Made by a program: the position numbers and the translations under genes. This document shows positions 32,648 to 43,037 of a DNA stretch of 64,000 nt, piece by piece. Where the stretch lies: the NCBI GenBank assembly GCA_963716745.1, contig OY970320.1, positions 2,176,001 through 2,240,000 of the forward strand, in the 5' to 3' direction. How positions within the stretch are numbered: the first letter of the stretch is position 1; every line of letters begins with the position of its first letter. The DNA comes from an uncultured Gemmatimonadaceae bacterium (lineage in GTDB: Bacteria; Gemmatimonadota; Gemmatimonadetes; Gemmatimonadales; Gemmatimonadaceae). The notes below the pieces were generated by a model. It ran no database searches. It was not told where the DNA came from and saw nothing but the letters and a program-made list of their open reading frames with translations.

Positions 32648-35074
32648 ATGGGAATGCTTCTGCAGGATCTGCGCTACGCCTTTCGCGCTCTGCGGAAGAG
32701 CCCGCTCTTCACCGCTGTCGCCGTCGTCACACTCGCCCTCGGGATCGGTGCCAATACCACGATCTACACCTGGCTGGAGGGCATCGTCCTCCGGCCCCTG
32801 CCGGCCGTCAGCGATTACGACCGGCTCGTGCTCGTGATCACGCGCGGGCCGAACAACGTGCGGTGGAGTTTCTCCATTCCCGATTGGCAGGACGTGGCCA
32901 AGAGTGCCACGCTCATCGAAGGGCCGGCGATCACCACCGGCCAGCCGCTGAGCGTGCGCACCGAGGGCCAAGCCGAGCGCGCCTGGGGCGAGATCGTGAG
33001 CGCCAACTACTTCAACGTGCTCGGCGTGCGTGCCATGCTCGGCCGCGGATTCCTGCCGGCCGAGGATAGCGCGCTCGGCGGGCATCCGGTGGTGGTGCTC
33101 TCGTACAACTATTGGCGCCGGAAGTTCGGTGCCGACTCCGGCATCGTTGGCAAGACGATCACGCTGAACAGTCATCCGTTCACGATCGTCGGCGTCATGC
33201 CGCCCTTCTTCACGGGGAAAACGGCGGCGCTCGCGTTCGACATGTGGGTGCCGCTCTCGATGGTGGGCGTCGCGAACGGCTCGCCGCAGCAGTACACGTC
33301 GCGCGGCTGGCAGAGCTATGACGCGATCGCGCGGCTCAAGCCGGGCGTCACGTTCGAGCAGGCGCAGCTCGAGATGCGGAAGATCGGCAAGGAGATGGCG
33401 GCCACCTACGACGCCGACCGCGGGATGGGGCGCGAGCTTCTGCCCATGAACGAGGACTACGTGCAGGCGATGTTCAAGCCGGCGCTCATCGCGGTGCTCG
33501 GGATCACGGCGGTGGTGCTGCTCATCGCGTGCGCGAACGTCGCGAATCTGATGTTGTCGCGGGCGGCGGCGCGGAAGCGGGAGATGGGGATACGGTTAGC
33601 CTTGGGGGCTAGACGTTCGGCGTTGGTACGGCAACTGCTCGTCGAGAGTGTGATCATCGCCATCGCGGGGGGAGGGCTCGGACTGCTCATCGCTTCGTGG
33701 GGGAGCGGCATGCTTCCGGCGCTCATGCCGCCGGTGGCGTACCCGGTGAGCTTCCATACGACGCTCGACACGCGGGTGCTCGTGTTCGCGATGCTCGTCA
33801 CCGTGGGCACGGCGCTGCTGTTCGGCGTGGTGCCGGCAATGCAGGCGTCCAAGCCCGATCTCGTCGTGTCGCTCAAGGACGGCGTTGGCATGGGCGGACG
33901 CGGACGCGGGTTGCTGCGCGGCACGCTCGTGGTCACACAGATCTCGCTCTCGGTGATCGCGCTTGTGGCGGCCGGATTGTTCATTCGCAGCCTGAATGCG
34001 GCGCAGCGGATGGACGCGGGATATCGCGAGCCGGAGAGAGTGCTGCTCGTGTCCACCGACCTGCTGCTCGCCGGCTACAACGCGAGCTCGGGGCGCGTGG
34101 TGCTGCAGCAGATGCTCGATCGCGTGCAGGCGTTGCCGGGCGTCACGTCGGCTACGATCTCCGGGATCGTGCCGCTCGGGTTCGGCGGGAACAACTCGAC
34201 CAGCCTCACGATCGAGGGCTACACGCCGCAGAAGGACGAGAACATGTCGCTGAACAACGACGGCGTGGGGCCGCGCTTCTTCGAGACCGTGGGCACACCG
34301 CTGCTGCAGGGACGTGATTTCACCGCGCAGGATGATTCCGGCACGGCGCGCGTCGTGATCGTGAACCAGGCGTTCGCGAAGAAGTATTGGCCGGGGCAGG
34401 ACGCGATGGGCCGCTGGATCGATTTCGGCGGCGGTAAGCGTACGGTGGTCGGCGTGGTCGCGACCGCCAAGCAGAAGCAGCTTGGCGAGACGCCGCTGCC
34501 GTTCCTGTTCCTGCCGCACGCGCAGGACTATGACGCGGCGGTCACAATGTACGTGCGCACGAGCGGCGATCCGAAGCTGCTCACCGAGACCGTGCGCCGC
34601 ACGTTCGCGTCCATCGATCCGAATCTCCCCTTCCTCGATGTGCGCACCTTCGCGGAGCACATGGGAGCGGCGACGTTCTTCATGAAACTGGGCGCGATCA
34701 TGCTCGGACTGTTCGGCGGCCTCGCGCTGTTGCTCTCGAGCATGGGCATCTACTCGGTGATCGCGTACTCGGTGAGCCAGCGCACGCGTGAGCTGGGCAT
34801 TCGCACCGCACTCGGCGCGGCGCGCCAGGACATCCTGTCGCTCGTGGTGGGAGAAGGGATGGTGCTCACCGCGATCGGTCTCGCATCCGGCGGTGTGCTC
34901 GCGTTCGGCGTGGCGATGCTGCTTCGCAGTCAGCTGCTGGGCGTGAGCGCGGCGGATCCGGTCACGTTCCTCTCGATCGGCGCGCTGCTCGCGGCGGTGG
35001 CGCTCCTCGCGAGCTGGATCCCGGCGCGGCGCGCATCGCGTACCGACCCCATGGTCGCGCTTCGCACCGACTAG
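32648..35074 (+). CDS. MacB/ADOP-type duplicated ABC permease 1
   Basis: [21 protein letters not shown], two FtsX-like repeats ending DPMVALRTD. Confidence 0.92.
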   Translation: MGMLLQDLRYAFRALRKSPLFTAVAVVTLALGIGANTTIYTWLEGIVLRPLPAVSDYDRLVLVITRGPNNVRWSFSIPDWQDVAKSATLIEGPAITTGQPLSVRTEGQAERAWGEIVSANYFNVLGVRAMLGRGFLPAEDSALGGHPVVVLSYNYWRRKFGADSGIVGKTITLNSHPFTIVGVMPPFFTGKTAALAFDMWVPLSMVGVANGSPQQYTSRGWQSYDAIARLKPGVTFEQAQLEMRKIGKEMAATYDADRGMGRELLPMNEDYVQAMFKPALIAVLGITAVVLLIACANVANLMLSRAAARKREMGIRLALGARRSALVRQLLVESVIIAIAGGGLGLLIASWGSGMLPALMPPVAYPVSFHTTLDTRVLVFAMLVTVGTALLFGVVPAMQASKPDLVVSLKDGVGMGGRGRGLLRGTLVVTQISLSVIALVAAGLFIRSLNAAQRMDAGYREPERVLLVSTDLLLAGYNASSGRVVLQQMLDRVQALPGVTSATISGIVPLGFGGNNSTSLTIEGYTPQKDENMSLNNDGVGPRFFETVGTPLLQGRDFTAQDDSGTARVVIVNQAFAKKYWPGQDAMGRWIDFGGGKRTVVGVVATAKQKQLGETPLPFLFLPHAQDYDAAVTMYVRTSGDPKLLTETVRRTFASIDPNLPFLDVRTFAEHMGAATFFMKLGAIMLGLFGGLALLLSSMGIYSVIAYSVSQRTRELGIRTALGAARQDILSLVVGEGMVLTAIGLASGGVLAFGVAMLLRSQLLGVSAADPVTFLSIGALLAAVALLASWIPARRASRTDPMVALRTD

Positions 35075-35083
35075 GAGATCCCA

Positions 35084-37498
35084 ATGGAATCGTTCTGGCA
35101 GGACGTGCGCTACGCCGTGCGGCAGCTCCGCACGCAGCGCCAGTTCACGATTGCCGCGCTCCTCGTGCTGGGGCTCGGCATCGGCGCGAACGCCACGATC
35201 TTCACCGTGGTGGACCGCGTGCTGCTCTCGCCGCTGCCGTACCGCGCGCCGGGCGATCTCGTGATGATCTGGGAGCGCAACGCGCGCGGCAACGTCGAGC
35301 ATAACGTGGTGAGCCCGCAGAACTACCTGGACTGGAAGGAGCGCGCCACATCGTTCACCGATCTCGCGGACTTCACGTGGAGCTCGATGACGCTGCTGGG
35401 CGGCACGGCGCCCGAGCACGTGTACGGGCGCTCCGTGACGCCGAACCTCTTCTCAGTACTCGGCACCGCTCCGGCACTGGGCCGGACGTTCACCGCGGCC
35501 GAGTCGAAGCTGGGCGCGCCGAACGTCGTGATCCTGAGCGACGGACTCTGGCGGCAGCGCTACGGCGCCGACGCCGCGATCGTGGGCAAGACGATCCGTG
35601 TGAGCGGCGGCGACGCGACGGTGGTGGGCGTCATGCCCGCGAAATTCCGGCCGCTCGCGAACGAGGTGTACTGGGACCCGTTCCGTTACGACACCATTCC
35701 CGCCGGCCGGCGCGGCCGCTACACGATGGTGCTGGGCCGATTGAAGCCCGGCGTCTCGGTGGCGAAAGCGCAGGCTGAGATGTCGATGATCGCCAAGCAG
35801 CTCGAAGCCGAGGCGCCGCAGGCGAACACGGGCTGGGACGCGTCGGTGATCACGCTCGCCGACCAGGTGGTAGGCTCATCGAAGCGCGTGATCTGGATGC
35901 TCTTCGGCGCCGTCACGATCGTACTGCTCATCACCTGCGCGAACGTGGGTAACTTGATGCTCACGCGCGCGGCGTCGCGCCAGCGTGAGACCGCCGTGCG
36001 CACGGCGCTCGGTGCACCGCGCTGGCGGATTGCGCGGCAGTGGGTGGTGGAGAACGTCATTCTCGCGATGGCGGGCGGCTTCGTGGGGATCATGTTGGCG
36101 TCGTACGGCGTGGACCTGTTGGTCGCGTCGGGGCCGCGCGGCGTGCCGAGGCTCTCGGAGATCGCGGTGGATTGGCGCGTGATCGGTGTGACCGCGGCGG
36201 CGACGATCGTGATCGGCCTGCTCATCGGATTGCCGGCCGCGTTCAACCGGCGGTCAGGAATGCTCGCGTCGGACTTGCACGGTGCGAGCGGCCGCACCAC
36301 GGGCGGCGTGCACGCCGCGCGATTCCGCTCGGGGCTGGTGGTGACGCAGATGTCGCTCGCGGTGGTGCTGCTGCTCGCGGCCGGCCTGCTCGTGCGTTCG
36401 CTGGGGCGGCTCGCCGCGGTGGATCCCGGATTCCGCGCCGATCATGTGCTCACCGTGAGCGTGAGCCTGCCGGGCGACAAGTATCCGGACGAGGCGCGCG
36501 CGGCGCAGTTCTTCGCCGCGTTCGCGGATCGGATCAAGGCGCTCCCGGGCGTCGCGGCGGTGGGCGCGGTGAGCATGCTGCCGCTGCAGAATGGCGACGC
36601 GGCCACCAGCATCCACGTGGTGGGCCGGCCCGAGCCGCCGGCGGGGCAGGCGCCGATCGCATCCGTGCGCGTGGCCGACGAAGGCTACTTCGGCGCGATG
36701 AAGATCCCGGTTCGCCGCGGCCGGACGTTCTCGCCCGTGGACAACGCACAGGCGCCGCGCGCGATCGTGATCAGCGAATCGCTCGCGAACAAGATCTGGC
36801 CGAACGAGGACCCCATCGGACAGCGGCTGCGCGTGGATTACGCGCGCAACAAGGATGACGAGCTCGAAGTGATCGGCGTGGTGGGCGATGTGCGGCACGC
36901 CGGTCTCGATGAGGACACGCGCGAGACGATCTACTATCCCGTGAATCAGTTCAACTATTCGAACCTCACGTTCGTGGTGCGCGCTGCCGGCCGCGCCAAT
37001 GCGCTCGCGCCCTCGGTGCGGGGCGTGTTGCACGAGATGGATCCCAACGTTCCCGCCGAGGATCTGGCGACGATGGATCATTGGCTCGCGCGTTCGATGA
37101 ACGACCGGCGCGACCCGATGCTGCTGCTCACGATCTTCGCCGTGCTCGCGGTGACCATCGCCGCGGTGGGCGTGTACGCAGTGCTGTCGTTCGGTGTGAG
37201 CCAGCGCACGCGCGAGATCGGCGTACGCATGGCGCTCGGCGCGCAGCCGCGCGCGGTATTGGCGATGGTGCTGGGCGGCGGGCTGCGACTCACGCTCGCT
37301 GGCATTGCGATCGGCGCCGCGGCGGGCATGTTCGCCACGCGCGCGCTCGACAAATTGCTCTTCCATGTGCAGCCCACCGACCCGGTCACGATGGGCGCCG
37401 TGGCGTTGCTGCTGGCCGTGGTCGCGCTCGCGGCGATGTACGTACCCGCGCGCCGGGCGGCGCGCGTGGACCCCGTAGTCGCACTTCGCTCCGAGTAG
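35084..37498 (+). CDS. MacB/ADOP-type permease 2
   Basis: [37 protein letters not shown]. Confidence 0.92.
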   Translation: MESFWQDVRYAVRQLRTQRQFTIAALLVLGLGIGANATIFTVVDRVLLSPLPYRAPGDLVMIWERNARGNVEHNVVSPQNYLDWKERATSFTDLADFTWSSMTLLGGTAPEHVYGRSVTPNLFSVLGTAPALGRTFTAAESKLGAPNVVILSDGLWRQRYGADAAIVGKTIRVSGGDATVVGVMPAKFRPLANEVYWDPFRYDTIPAGRRGRYTMVLGRLKPGVSVAKAQAEMSMIAKQLEAEAPQANTGWDASVITLADQVVGSSKRVIWMLFGAVTIVLLITCANVGNLMLTRAASRQRETAVRTALGAPRWRIARQWVVENVILAMAGGFVGIMLASYGVDLLVASGPRGVPRLSEIAVDWRVIGVTAAATIVIGLLIGLPAAFNRRSGMLASDLHGASGRTTGGVHAARFRSGLVVTQMSLAVVLLLAAGLLVRSLGRLAAVDPGFRADHVLTVSVSLPGDKYPDEARAAQFFAAFADRIKALPGVAAVGAVSMLPLQNGDAATSIHVVGRPEPPAGQAPIASVRVADEGYFGAMKIPVRRGRTFSPVDNAQAPRAIVISESLANKIWPNEDPIGQRLRVDYARNKDDELEVIGVVGDVRHAGLDEDTRETIYYPVNQFNYSNLTFVVRAAGRANALAPSVRGVLHEMDPNVPAEDLATMDHWLARSMNDRRDPMLLLTIFAVLAVTIAAVGVYAVLSFGVSQRTREIGVRMALGAQPRAVLAMVLGGGLRLTLAGIAIGAAAGMFATRALDKLLFHVQPTDPVTMGAVALLLAVVALAAMYVPARRAARVDPVVALRSE

Positions 37499-37506
37499 GA
37501 GGCGAC

Positions 37507-39933
37507 ATGGAAACGCTGATCCAGGACCTCAAGTACGCCGCGCGCGCGCTCCGGCGGAATCTGGTGTTCACCGTCGCCGCCGTGCTCACGCTGGCGATCG
37601 CGATCGGCGCGAACACCGCGGTGTTCTCAATGGTGAACGCGGTGCTGCTTCGGGCGATGCCGTATCCCGATCCCGACCGGCTGGTGGTGATCTGGGGGAC
37701 AATGCCCACCGAGCCGCGCACGCTCGTCTCGCTGCCCAACATCGTGGAGTGGCGCACGCGCAGCCGCAGTTTCGATGAGCTGTCCATGGTGCGCTCGCAG
37801 AGCGTCAATCTCACGGGCGTGGACGCGCCCGACCGGCTCGTCGGCAGCTTCGTAAGCGCGAACGCGCTCACCGTGCTCGGCGCGCGCGCGGAGCGCGGCC
37901 GCTTGTTCACGCCGGAGGAGGGAGAGGGCAACGGCGCCGCGGTGGCAGTGCTCTCGCACGCAGTGTGGGCTACGCGTTTCGGTTCCGATCCGAACATCGT
38001 GGGGCGCACGCTCATCTTGAACGGCAAGCCGCACGTGGTGATAGGCGTGACCGCGGCGGACTTCCGAGACCCGATGGGCGGTGCTGATGATGTCTGGCTG
38101 CCGGTGACTTCGGCGCCCGGCGCGAGCCTGACGACGCGCGTCGATCCCACGGGGAATCTTTTCCGCGTGTGGAGCGTGGCGCGGCTCAAGCGGGGCGTAT
38201 CGCTCGCGCAGGCGCAAGCGGATCTCAGTGGCGTGGTCGCGGGCCTCGCGAAGGAATTTCCTACGAGCGACGCCGGACAGGGCGTGATCATCATCCCGCT
38301 CAAGCAGGAGGTGGTGGGAGCGATCCAGCCGGTGCTCGTCACGGTGTTCGCGTTCGTCGCGGTGGTGCTGCTCATCGCCTGCGCGAACGTCGCGAACCTG
38401 CAGCTCGCGCGCGCGGCCGCGCGTGAGAAAGAGCTGTCGCTGCGCGCGGCGCTCGGCGCCGGACGCTGGCGCATCGTGCGGCAGCTGCTCACCGAGAGTC
38501 TGCTGCTCTCGCTCGTTGGCGGCGCACTCGGTGTGCTCATCGGCGTATGGGCGATGCGCGCCCTGGTGGCCGGCGTCCCCGGCGGATTGCCGGGCTACGC
38601 CGATGTCGGACTCGACATGGGCGTGCTCTCGTTCTCGATCCTTCTGACCGTCGGCAGCGGCATGCTGTTCGGACTCGCCCCCGCGCTCTACGCCTCGCGC
38701 ACGAATCTCCGCTCCGGCGCGGGCAGTGGAGGCAACAGCCAACAGCCGACAGCCCGCCGTTGGCATTCGAGGGATCTCCTCGTCGCCGCGCAGTTGGCAT
38801 TGTGCGTCGTACTGCTCGCAGGCGCCGGCCTCCTCACGCGAAGCCTGATGGCGCTCAGTCGCGTGGACGCCGGCTTCGATGCGCGCAACGTGATCACCGG
38901 CGAGTTCCGTCTGCCGAGCACAAAGTACGACTCGCCGGCGAAGATCAATCTGTTCATGTCGCGCGCGCTCGCGGCGATCCGTGCGGTGCCGGGCGTGAGA
39001 GATGCGTCGCTGGTGCAGGCGGTGCCGCTCAGTGGGAATTTCGGGCTGGTGACGTTCGAGGTCGACGGGAAAGGCCCGTCCACCACGCCGCCCACCGCGC
39101 TGCAGAACGTCGTGGCCGACGGCTATTTCCGGACGATGGGCATCCCGCTGCGTGCCGGGCGTGACTTCGATGCGCGCGACCGTGTGGACGCGCCGCCGGT
39201 CGCGATCGTGAGCGAGGCGTTCGCGCGCGCGGCGTGGCCGGGCGAGAACGCGATCGGGCGGCGGGTGAAGGTGTTCGGGCCGCCGGATGTGTGGGTGACG
39301 GTGGTGGGCGTAGTGGGCGATGTGAAGCAGCGGTCGTTCGACGATGGGCCGGATGGAGGCCAGATCTATCAGCCGCTGGAGCAGGGGATCAGCATCTTCA
39401 ATTCGGTGGTCGCGCGCACCGAGGGCGACCCGGATGTGCTCGGCAAACAGGTGCGCGCCGCGATCTGGAGCATCGATGCGGACCAGCCGGTGTGGAAAGT
39501 GCGGTCGCTGCAGTTCCTGGTGACGCGCGGCTTCGCGTCGCGACGATTCGCATTGACGCTCGCCGGCGCGTTCGCGCTGCTGGCGGTGATCCTCGCGGCC
39601 ATCGGCGTGTACGGCGTGATGAGTTACATGCTCGTGCAGCGGACGCGCGAACTCGGAATACGGCTTGCTCTAGGCGCTAAGCGCTCGGCGCTAGTCGGGC
39701 TCGTGCTCGCGCATGGGACGCGCGTCGCGCTCGCGGCGACGATCGTTGGCGTGATCGCCGCGTTCGGCGTGGCGCGATTGATGCAGAGTCAGCTGTACGG
39801 CATCAGCGCGGCGGATCCTGTCACGTTCATCGCGGTGCCGCTGCTGCTTTTCGCCGTCGCGTTTGTGGCTACTTACCTGCCCGCGCGCCGAGCGGCGAGC
39901 GTGGACCCCCTGATCGCCATCCGCTCGGAGTAA
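37507..39933 (+). CDS. MacB/ADOP-type permease 3
   Basis: ATG 37507 after [34 protein letters not shown]. Confidence 0.92.
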   Translation: METLIQDLKYAARALRRNLVFTVAAVLTLAIAIGANTAVFSMVNAVLLRAMPYPDPDRLVVIWGTMPTEPRTLVSLPNIVEWRTRSRSFDELSMVRSQSVNLTGVDAPDRLVGSFVSANALTVLGARAERGRLFTPEEGEGNGAAVAVLSHAVWATRFGSDPNIVGRTLILNGKPHVVIGVTAADFRDPMGGADDVWLPVTSAPGASLTTRVDPTGNLFRVWSVARLKRGVSLAQAQADLSGVVAGLAKEFPTSDAGQGVIIIPLKQEVVGAIQPVLVTVFAFVAVVLLIACANVANLQLARAAAREKELSLRAALGAGRWRIVRQLLTESLLLSLVGGALGVLIGVWAMRALVAGVPGGLPGYADVGLDMGVLSFSILLTVGSGMLFGLAPALYASRTNLRSGAGSGGNSQQPTARRWHSRDLLVAAQLALCVVLLAGAGLLTRSLMALSRVDAGFDARNVITGEFRLPSTKYDSPAKINLFMSRALAAIRAVPGVRDASLVQAVPLSGNFGLVTFEVDGKGPSTTPPTALQNVVADGYFRTMGIPLRAGRDFDARDRVDAPPVAIVSEAFARAAWPGENAIGRRVKVFGPPDVWVTVVGVVGDVKQRSFDDGPDGGQIYQPLEQGISIFNSVVARTEGDPDVLGKQVRAAIWSIDADQPVWKVRSLQFLVTRGFASRRFALTLAGAFALLAVILAAIGVYGVMSYMLVQRTRELGIRLALGAKRSALVGLVLAHGTRVALAATIVGVIAAFGVARLMQSQLYGISAADPVTFIAVPLLLFAVAFVATYLPARRAASVDPLIAIRSE

Positions 39934-39936
39934 CGC

Positions 39937-42366
39937 GTGGACACACTCTGGCAGGACATCCGCTATTCCATTCGGCAGCTCGCGAAGCATCGCCAGTTCA
40001 CGTTCGCGGCGTTGCTCGTACTGGGACTCGGTATTGGCGCCAACGCGACGATCTTCGGATTGATGCAGGGGATGCTGTACCGGCCGCTGCCGGGAGTGGC
40101 GCACTCCGACCGGCTGGTATCGTACACCGAGAGCGTTGTCTCGTATCCGGCGCTGCGCGACCTGCGCGCCGATGCGCGCGCCGTAATGGACATCGCGGGT
40201 GCGAGCGGGCGGAGCATGACCTTGTCGGGCGACGGGCGTGCGACGCTCATATCCACGCAGGTGGTGAGTGGGAATTATTTCCAGGTGCTGGGCGTGCGCG
40301 CGCTGCACGGGCGGCTGCTCACGAACGAGGATGATGTCGCGGGCGTGGCGCCCGTAGCGGTGCTGAGCGCGAACTATTGGCGCCGCGAGTTCGGCAGCGA
40401 CCTGAGCGTGATTGGACGCACCGTGCTGCTGAACGACCGTCCGGTGATGGTGGTGGGCATCGCCGCGCCGGAGTTCCGCGGGCTCTGGCTCGAGAGTTCG
40501 CCGGCGTTCTGGGTGCCGATGAGCGCATGGCCCGGTCTCGCGCCCACGAACATGGCGCGGTTGGGCCTCGAGAATCGCAATTGGGGCTGGATCCGAGTGT
40601 TCGGGCGTCTTGCGCCAAATGCGACGCCCGCGGCGGCGGCGAGCGCGATGACGGCGTCCATTGAGCGACAGCGCCTCACGTATTCGCCCTCTGATAAGCC
40701 CGATCCTCCGGTGGTGTTGGAGTCCTCAGTGCAAGCGTTCGCCGGCGGCTCGCACGGCAGCATCGCGCGATTCACGGGCGTGCTCATGGGCGTTGTTGGC
40801 ATCGTACTGCTACTCGTGTGCGCGAACGTCGCGAATCTCCTGCTCGCGCGCGGCGCGGCGCGACGGCGCGAGGTGGGTGTGCGTCTCGCGCTCGGCGCCA
40901 CGCGCGCGCGCCTGATGCGTCAATTGCTAACGGAGAGCGCAGTGCTCGCGCTCGCCGCCGTCGCGATCGCCTTCGGCGTCGCGAGCCTGGCGGGCGACGC
41001 GCTGGGCCGCATGTCGTTCGACGGCACGTCGTTCGCAGGACTCAACATCGCGCCCGACGCCGCCACGCTCGCCTTCATGTTGGCGCTCGCGGCGGCATCG
41101 ATGCTGATCTTCGGCTTCGCGCCGGCGCGGCAGACGCTCGCCGTGGATCTCACACCGGCGCTGCGCGATGGCACGGCGGGCGCCGGACAGCGGCGCACGC
41201 GGTTGCGCGGCGTGCTGCTCGCGTCACAGGTGGCGCTCAGTCTCGTGCTGCTCGTGGGTGCGGGGCTCTTCTCGCGCGCCCTGCAGCGCGCGCTCACGAT
41301 CGACCCGGGTTTCGCCGTGGGGCACGTCGCCGTCGCGGCGGTGAACATGGGGCTATCGCACTACGACGCTCCGCGCGCAACGGCGTACTACGCGCTGGCG
41401 GCGGACCGTCTCACGGCAGTGCGCGACGTGACCGCGTTCGCGTGGGCCACCGATACGCCGCTCAGCAGCGGATTGGACATGGAGTCGTTCAGCATTCCGG
41501 GATACACGCCCGCCGCGGGTGAACGGCTGTTCGTGGAGAACGCCGTGGTGAGTGCCGGCTACTTCCACGTGCTCCATGTCCCGGTCGCATCGGGCCGTGA
41601 GTTCGACGAGCACGATACGCCCTCCAGTATGCCTGTCACGGTGATCAACGCGACGATGGCGGCGAAGTATTTTCCCGAGGGCGCCGTGGGGCGGCACATC
41701 ACGATGGGTGACGCGGACCTGACCATCGTGGGCGTGGTGAAGGATGTCGCATACCACCACTTGGGCGAAAAACCGCGCCCGTATCTGTACGGCGCGCTCT
41801 CGCAGCACCTGGGCGATGTGGGCCTGGGCGGTATAGTGCTCCTCGCGCGCACGCAGGGCGATCCGAACGCCGCCGGCCCCGCGATCCGCGCCGCGCTGCT
41901 GGGCGCCGATGCGCACGTCACGCCCTTCGCGTTCGGCGCGCTGGATGACCGTCTCTCGGAAGTGCTCTTCCCGCAGCGCGCCGGTGCGTTCGTGCTCGGC
42001 GCGTTCAGCCTGCTCGCGCTCATCGTGGCGCTCGTGGGAGTACATGGCGTGGTGAGCTACGCCGTGAGCCGCCGCACGCGCGAGATCGGCATCCGCGTCG
42101 CGCTCGGCGCGCGCGGCGACCGGGTGGTGCGCGAGCTCGTGCGCGAACATGTTCCATACATCGCCGCCGGCGTGATCGCGGGACTCGCGCTTTCGATCGC
42201 CGGCACGCGCGCGCTCGCGAGTTTCCTGTATGGCGTAAGCGCCACCGATCTGCCCACGTTCGCCGGCGCGTCGCTCGCGCTGGCGGCCGCCGCACTGCTC
42301 GCGGCCGCGATCCCCGCGCGCCGCGCCGCCAAAGTCGATCCCATGACCGCACTGAGGTACGAGTAG
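39937..42366 (+). CDS. MacB/ADOP-type permease 4
   Basis: [37 protein letters not shown]. Confidence 0.92.
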   Translation: MDTLWQDIRYSIRQLAKHRQFTFAALLVLGLGIGANATIFGLMQGMLYRPLPGVAHSDRLVSYTESVVSYPALRDLRADARAVMDIAGASGRSMTLSGDGRATLISTQVVSGNYFQVLGVRALHGRLLTNEDDVAGVAPVAVLSANYWRREFGSDLSVIGRTVLLNDRPVMVVGIAAPEFRGLWLESSPAFWVPMSAWPGLAPTNMARLGLENRNWGWIRVFGRLAPNATPAAAASAMTASIERQRLTYSPSDKPDPPVVLESSVQAFAGGSHGSIARFTGVLMGVVGIVLLLVCANVANLLLARGAARRREVGVRLALGATRARLMRQLLTESAVLALAAVAIAFGVASLAGDALGRMSFDGTSFAGLNIAPDAATLAFMLALAAASMLIFGFAPARQTLAVDLTPALRDGTAGAGQRRTRLRGVLLASQVALSLVLLVGAGLFSRALQRALTIDPGFAVGHVAVAAVNMGLSHYDAPRATAYYALAADRLTAVRDVTAFAWATDTPLSSGLDMESFSIPGYTPAAGERLFVENAVVSAGYFHVLHVPVASGREFDEHDTPSSMPVTVINATMAAKYFPEGAVGRHITMGDADLTIVGVVKDVAYHHLGEKPRPYLYGALSQHLGDVGLGGIVLLARTQGDPNAAGPAIRAALLGADAHVTPFAFGALDDRLSEVLFPQRAGAFVLGAFSLLALIVALVGVHGVVSYAVSRRTREIGIRVALGARGDRVVRELVREHVPYIAAGVIAGLALSIAGTRALASFLYGVSATDLPTFAGASLALAAAALLAAAIPARRAAKVDPMTALRYE

Positions 42367-43035
42367 ATGATCTCGCTCAAGAGTGTCGAGAAGAGCTATC
42401 CTATTTCGGGCGGGCAGGTGTACGTGCTCCGCCACATCACGCTCGACATCAAGAAGGGCGAGTTCGTGACCATCATGGGTCCGTCGGGTGCGGGGAAGAG
42501 CACTTTGCTCTCCGTGGTCGGCATGCTCGACGGCGCGTGGACGGGCGAGTACCAGCTGATGGAGCACGCGGTGCACAAGCTGGACCCCAAGCGCCGTGTC
42601 GCGCTGCACAAGCAGTACGTGGGCTTCGTCTTCCAGCAGTATCACCTGCTCGACGATCTCACCGTGGCCGAGAACCTCGACCTGCCGCTCTCGTACCGCG
42701 ACATCAAGAAAACGGAGCGACAGGCCGTGGTGGCCGACACGCTCGACAAGTTCGGCATCGTCGCGAAGAAGGACCTCTACCCCACGCAGCTCTCGGGCGG
42801 CCAACAGCAGTTGGTGGCCGTCGCGCGCGCGGTGATCCACCAGCCGTCGCTCATCCTCGCCGACGAGCCCACCGGCAATCTGCATTCGGCGCAGGGCCGC
42901 GAGATCATGGAGTTGTTCAAGCGCTTGAACGCCGCCGGCACCACGATCATCCAGGTGACGCACTCCGAGGAGAACGCGACGTACGGCCACCGGATCATCC
43001 GCCTCAAGGACGGCTGGCTGGACAAGGAGGCGTGA
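42367..43035 (+). CDS. ABC ATPase 2
   Basis: [31 protein letters not shown]. Confidence 0.95.
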   Translation: MISLKSVEKSYPISGGQVYVLRHITLDIKKGEFVTIMGPSGAGKSTLLSVVGMLDGAWTGEYQLMEHAVHKLDPKRRVALHKQYVGFVFQQYHLLDDLTVAENLDLPLSYRDIKKTERQAVVADTLDKFGIVAKKDLYPTQLSGGQQQLVAVARAVIHQPSLILADEPTGNLHSAQGREIMELFKRLNAAGTTIIQVTHSEENATYGHRIIRLKDGWLDKEA

Positions 43036-43037
43036 AC